NCBI GenBank assembly: GCA_043228905.1
Contig: JBHGNT010000001.1
Location: 26,226,001 to 26,290,000, forward strand
DNA length: 64,000 nucleotides
Direction: 5' to 3'
From: Azolla caroliniana
Taxonomy: Eukaryota > Plantae > Polypodiophyta
Shown piece after piece: positions 59,735 to 64,000 of this stretch (position 1 is the stretch's first letter; the number at the start of each line of letters is the position of its first letter). The notes under the pieces are model-generated. The model was not told where the DNA came from, did no database searches, and worked only from the letters and a program-made list of their open reading frames with translations. Both the position numbers and the translations under genes were made by a program.

Positions 59735-60180
59735 ACAGAAGCAGGGGAAGAGAGAGAGATAGAGATAGAGAGAAGCAGGGGAAGAGAGAGAGAGAGATAG
59801 ATAGAGAGAGAAGCAGGGGAAGAGAGGGAGAGAGATAGATAGAGAGAAGCAGGGGAAGAGAGAGAGAGATAGAGATAGAGAGAAGCAGGGGAAGAGAGAG
59901 AGAGATAGATAGAGAGAGAAGCAGGGGAAGAGAGGGAGAGAGATAGATAGAGAGAAGCAGGGGAAGAGAGAGAGAGATAGAGATAGAGAGAAGCAGGGGA
60001 AGAGAGGGAGATAGATAGATAGAGAGAAGCAGGGGAAGAGAGGGAGAGAGATAGATAGAGAGAAGCAGGGGAAGAGAGAGAGAGAGAGAGACAGATAGAG
60101 AGAGAAGCAGGGGAAGAGAGAGAGAGAGAGAGACAGATAGAGAGAGAAGCAGGGGAAGAGAGAGAGAGAGAGAGAGAGAT
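59735..60180. repeat. GA-rich compound minisatellite, 36-44 bp units with AAGCAGGGGAAG core
   Basis: About a dozen units read directly. Confidence 0.95.
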
Positions 60181-60202
60181 ATGGCTAGGGCATGTGATAA
60201 GA

Positions 60203-60216
60203 ATTCGCGCGGGAGA
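60203..60216. promoter_or_regulatory. Overlapping inverted E2F sites upstream of RNR1
   Basis: ATTCGCGC (fits WTTSSCSS) on plus and TCTCCCGC on minus. Confidence 0.65.
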
Positions 60217-60689
60217 TCTTTTGAAGCTTTCGGAGCGGCCCTGCTCAGCCCTCCTCTCTCTCTCTCTCTCTCTCTGCCTGCCACATTACATACATATGTA
60301 TACTGATACATATATGATATACATATATGTGTATATGTATATATATACATGTAGCAGCTTCTTCTGACAGAAACAGAGCACACAGAAAGCAAGATCTCAG
60401 ATAGGAGAGACAGAGCTCTCTCTCACCTTACTTACACCTTTCACCCCCCCCCCATCTGTTTCTCATCTATCCCTTCATTTCTCGATCGTGGGTTCTCCTT
60501 GCTTTTTAACAAATAAGATAAAAGAAATGGCCATATTATAGAAAGGATATATTAGAGGGAAGAAGACAAACAGAAGAAGCCCAAGGATCCTTCATTTCTC
60601 CAAGAGTGTGTGTGTGTGTGTTATTGGGAGGGGAGGGGTTGGGGTTTGCAAGTACAGAAGGAAAAGAAGCAGAAAGAAGCAGCAGCAAA

Positions 60690-63600
60690 ATGTATGTGAT
60701 AAAGAGAGATGGGAGGCAAGAATCAGTACATTTCGACAAGATAACTGCACGCCTGAAGAAGCTGAGCTATGGCCTCAATGCGGAGCACTGTGATCCCGTC
60801 CTTGTCTCCCAGAAGGTGTGCGCTGGTGTCTATAAGGGTGTCACTACTAGTCAGCTCGATGAACTCGCTGCTGAAACTGCGGCTGCTCTTACTGCCAACC
60901 ATCCTGATTATGCTCTGGTATGTATTGGCTTGTATATATGTGTATGTGTATATATAATGATTTGAATTTCAATGTAATTTTTTTACATAGAATTTTGTAT
61001 CCTATGATCAAGTTTCACAAATTAGGAAAGTTTCACGTGTATATGTGTATTTATGCCCGGTCATTGGTTGCATTCGCTGTCTGATACCTGACTGAGTCAT
61101 TTTCTGAAACTTTGTATTCAATTATGAAAAATTTAATTGTAAACCGTCTGAACAGTTCTTGTCTCAACTCTGTTCTTAGTTCGTGAATTCTTGAGGTTTG
61201 CATTTGCATTCGTAGTTTTTTGGATTAAATTTTGCATCCAATCATCCTGGGAATGTATATATATGCACATATTTCTTTGTCTTAATGTCTTCATTTACAG
61301 GCATGAATCCATGAACTAGGGCTTTCTATAACCTCAATTTAGGCTTCATTTGAAACCCAAATCGAGGATTGGAACATGTAATCTTGCATTCACTGCAGAT
61401 TTTCTAAATACACACAAAAATGTCTATACAAAATTGGGATTCAATGTATAGATAGTTATTGCAATATTGGTGATGTCTCTAAGATTTCATTTTCACAACT
61501 GCCTTCAAGAAATTGTAAGCTGATTTGATTTCTCTCTTTTTTGTAGCTTGCAGCGCGGATTGCTGTCTCAAATCTGCACAAGAACACCAAAAAGTCATTC
61601 TCTGAGACGTGAGTGGTTGGTTAAAATCTTTTTGTATAGAAGCTTTTATAGGGACTCATAATTGCTTGATTTTCCTTTGACTTTGTGGTTTTCATGTGTC
61701 TTAAATAATGATATTGCTTTAGGATATGATGAATGTATAATCATCTGAAAAAACTCTACCTATCTCAGCAAGCTGATCTCTTAAGTAGCTCTAGGCACAC
61801 CTTTTTAAAAGATAATTTATAACAACTGAAGAATGGCAATACTTTTTATAAATGGTGTATCATATTACATTTGTAGAAATCTTTAAATTCACATTTCAGT
61901 TAATTATTTTATAATTTGTTCATTAATTTTCCTAAGAATTTTTATCTCCGCCAGGTTAAAGATCATGCATGCTCACGTGAACGATTATTCAAAGCTGGCA
62001 GCACCTTTGGTTGCAGATGATATTTTTGAAATCGTGATGGAAGTATGTTCCTTTTTTATATTTTCTGGATTCCTGAGCACACTTGGTTTTGATGGGTTAT
62101 AATTCAAGTTGCTGAAAGTTTACTTCATTTACACCTCTTGCAGAATGCTGCACTTCTTGATAGTGAAATTATCTATGATAGAGATTTTGATTATGATTAT
62201 TTTGGCTTCAAAACACTGGAGAGGTCCTATCTTCTCAAAGTCAATGGAGTTGTTGTCGAGAGGCCACAACATATGCTGATGAGGGTGGCCATTGGTATTC
62301 ATAAACATGACATTCAAGCAGCCATTAAGACATACCATATGATGTCACAACGCTGGTTTACTCATGCTTCACCAACCCTCTTTAATGCTGGCACGCCAAG
62401 ACCGCAGGTATCATTAACATTTACATTTATTTGTTGGATAGAAGTAAAAAGTTTATCTGGTATATCTTGCAAACATGAATTACTTTGGATTGGTTGATCT
62501 AGCTAATGACATGGAATTTATCATCTTGCAGCTTAGTAGTTGCTTCCTTATTTGTATGAAAGATGATAGCATAGAGGGAATATATGACACCCTCAAGGAA
62601 TGTGCCATTATAAGCAAGCTAGCTGGAGGGATTGGGTTGTCCATTCACAACATACGAGCCAAGGGTAGCTATATCCGTGGAACCAATGGAACATCCAATG
62701 GTGTAGTTCCGATGTTGAGGGTGTTCAATGATACAGCTCGCTATGTAGATCAAGGTGGAGGCAAGAGGAAAGGTAGAACAAATTGAATAACATGTTAGTT
62801 GATTGTTTTCTGGAAACTTCATTTTCAAATTTCAGTTTTTATATATACTCTATGTTGTCTTTTTCATGGTAAATGTAGGTGCATTTGCCACATACTTGGA
62901 GCCATGGCATGCCGATATATTTGAATGGTTGGATCTTAGGAAAAATCATGGCAAGGTAGATTATTTAATGATTGTGTCTGGACTTATTTTCTTCTTTGTT
63001 TATCCATTCATGTTTTAGTCCAAGTGAGATTTATTTGACTTGTAATATGCAGGAGGAAAATCGAGCTCGCGATTTATTTTATGGGTTATGGACACCTGAT
63101 TTGTTCATGAAGCGTGTTGGAGATAATGGAACATGGTCTCTGTTTTGTCCTAATGAGGCTCCAGGGCTTGCTGATTGTTGGGGTGAAGAGTTCGAAAATC
63201 TCTATGTAAAATACGAAAGGGAGGTGGGTTTGGATCATATGATAGGTTCTTTATGGAATGGTTTCAAAAGGGGGATCATAAACGTGGTGTATAATTTTTT
63301 GTAGGGGAGGGCAAAAAGAGTAGTTCAAGCTCAGAAGCTGTGGTTTGCTATCTTAGAGTCTCAAGTGGAGACAGGGAATCCTTACATGCTTTACAAGGTT
63401 TTGTTTATCTTCCTTTGTGAACTATAGCTGTAGTACTTAAGTAGGTTATTGTAATTTTATGAAGATGCTTGAAATGCTGCTGGCAGGATGCTTGCAATAG
63501 GAAGAGTAATCAGCAAAATCTAGGCACCATCAAATCATCTAATCTTTGTACCGAAATAGTGCAATTTACGAGTCCAGATGAAACTGCCGTATGCAATCTA

Positions 63601-64000
63601 GCCTCCATCGCCCTACCTCGGTTTGTTCGAGAGAAGGTTGGTATGTTGGCTTGAAACTTAGATATTCATCTAGGTCAACTGTAAAACATTTTGTCATGAC
63701 GTTATCTGGTTGTTTTGACTCCTAAATATTGCCACTTTTAAGTGGCAGCAAATTATATATACCCAAAATAAGTCCGCACTGATTTGCAACCTTCATAATT
63801 CATTAATGTAGGGTGTTCCACTGGAATCTCATCCTTCCAAAATGGTTGGCAGCAGAGGTCACCAGAATCGATATTTTGACTTTGAAAAGCTTGGTGAGGT
63901 AAGCCTCATTTTTTCCTTTCATTCAGTTTTGGTCCTATATACTTAGGTGCCCATGATTACAAGGCTGGCATGGATGCGGTGAGGAGCTCTTGATATGATT
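60690..64000 (+). CDS. RNR1: Ribonucleoside-diphosphate reductase large subunit, truncated by the window. Exons 60690-60917, 61547-61608, 61955-62042, 62144-62407, 62532-62772, 62879-62955, 63053-63223, 63305-63397, 63487-63636, 63812-63898, 63947->64000
   Basis: [14 protein letters not shown] cone, [45 protein letters not shown]; GT-AG junctions in frame. Confidence 0.97.

Larger units (their letters stand above)
54720..59735 (-). mobile_element. Near-intact two-ORF non-LTR retrotransposon, RTEX-like
   Basis: ORF1 plus APE-RT-CCHC ORF2; 3' tail of (TTTC)n rather than poly(A). Confidence 0.85.

Noticed and set aside
59679-60392. 237-aa Leu/Ser-rich ORF
   Set aside because: Translation of the TC-rich minisatellite.

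Overview
Eukaryotic nuclear DNA, most likely from a non-seed land plant (spliceosomal introns, plant-type genes and tRNAs, a plastid-derived fragment). The first 20 kb is a layered insertion site: a decayed tRNA-Gln cluster carries a plastid rrn16-trnI fragment, into which a Ty3/gypsy element inserted (2300-19480, minus; 793-bp LTRs, 4-bp TSD, tRNA-Trp PBS, candidate -1 frameshift after the protease), and into whose RT a second, younger Ty3/gypsy element inserted (5696-15548, plus; intact gag-pol plus an extra 3' ORF). The inner element has no polypurine tract; instead a sense copy of a tRNA-Arg 3' end including CCA sits 2 nt before its 3' LTR, suggesting both cDNA strands may be tRNA-primed (top finding). 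Host genes: organellar ribosomal protein L7/L12, a multi-exon CAX cation/H+ exchanger, a possible small membrane-protein gene, and the 5' part of ribonucleotide reductase large subunit RNR1, whose promoter has overlapping E2F sites next to a GA-rich array holding a near-intact RTEX-like LINE. 36-51 kb is mostly decayed TE sequence. All calls are by eye; tRNA and plastid reference sequences are recalled from memory and need database confirmation.
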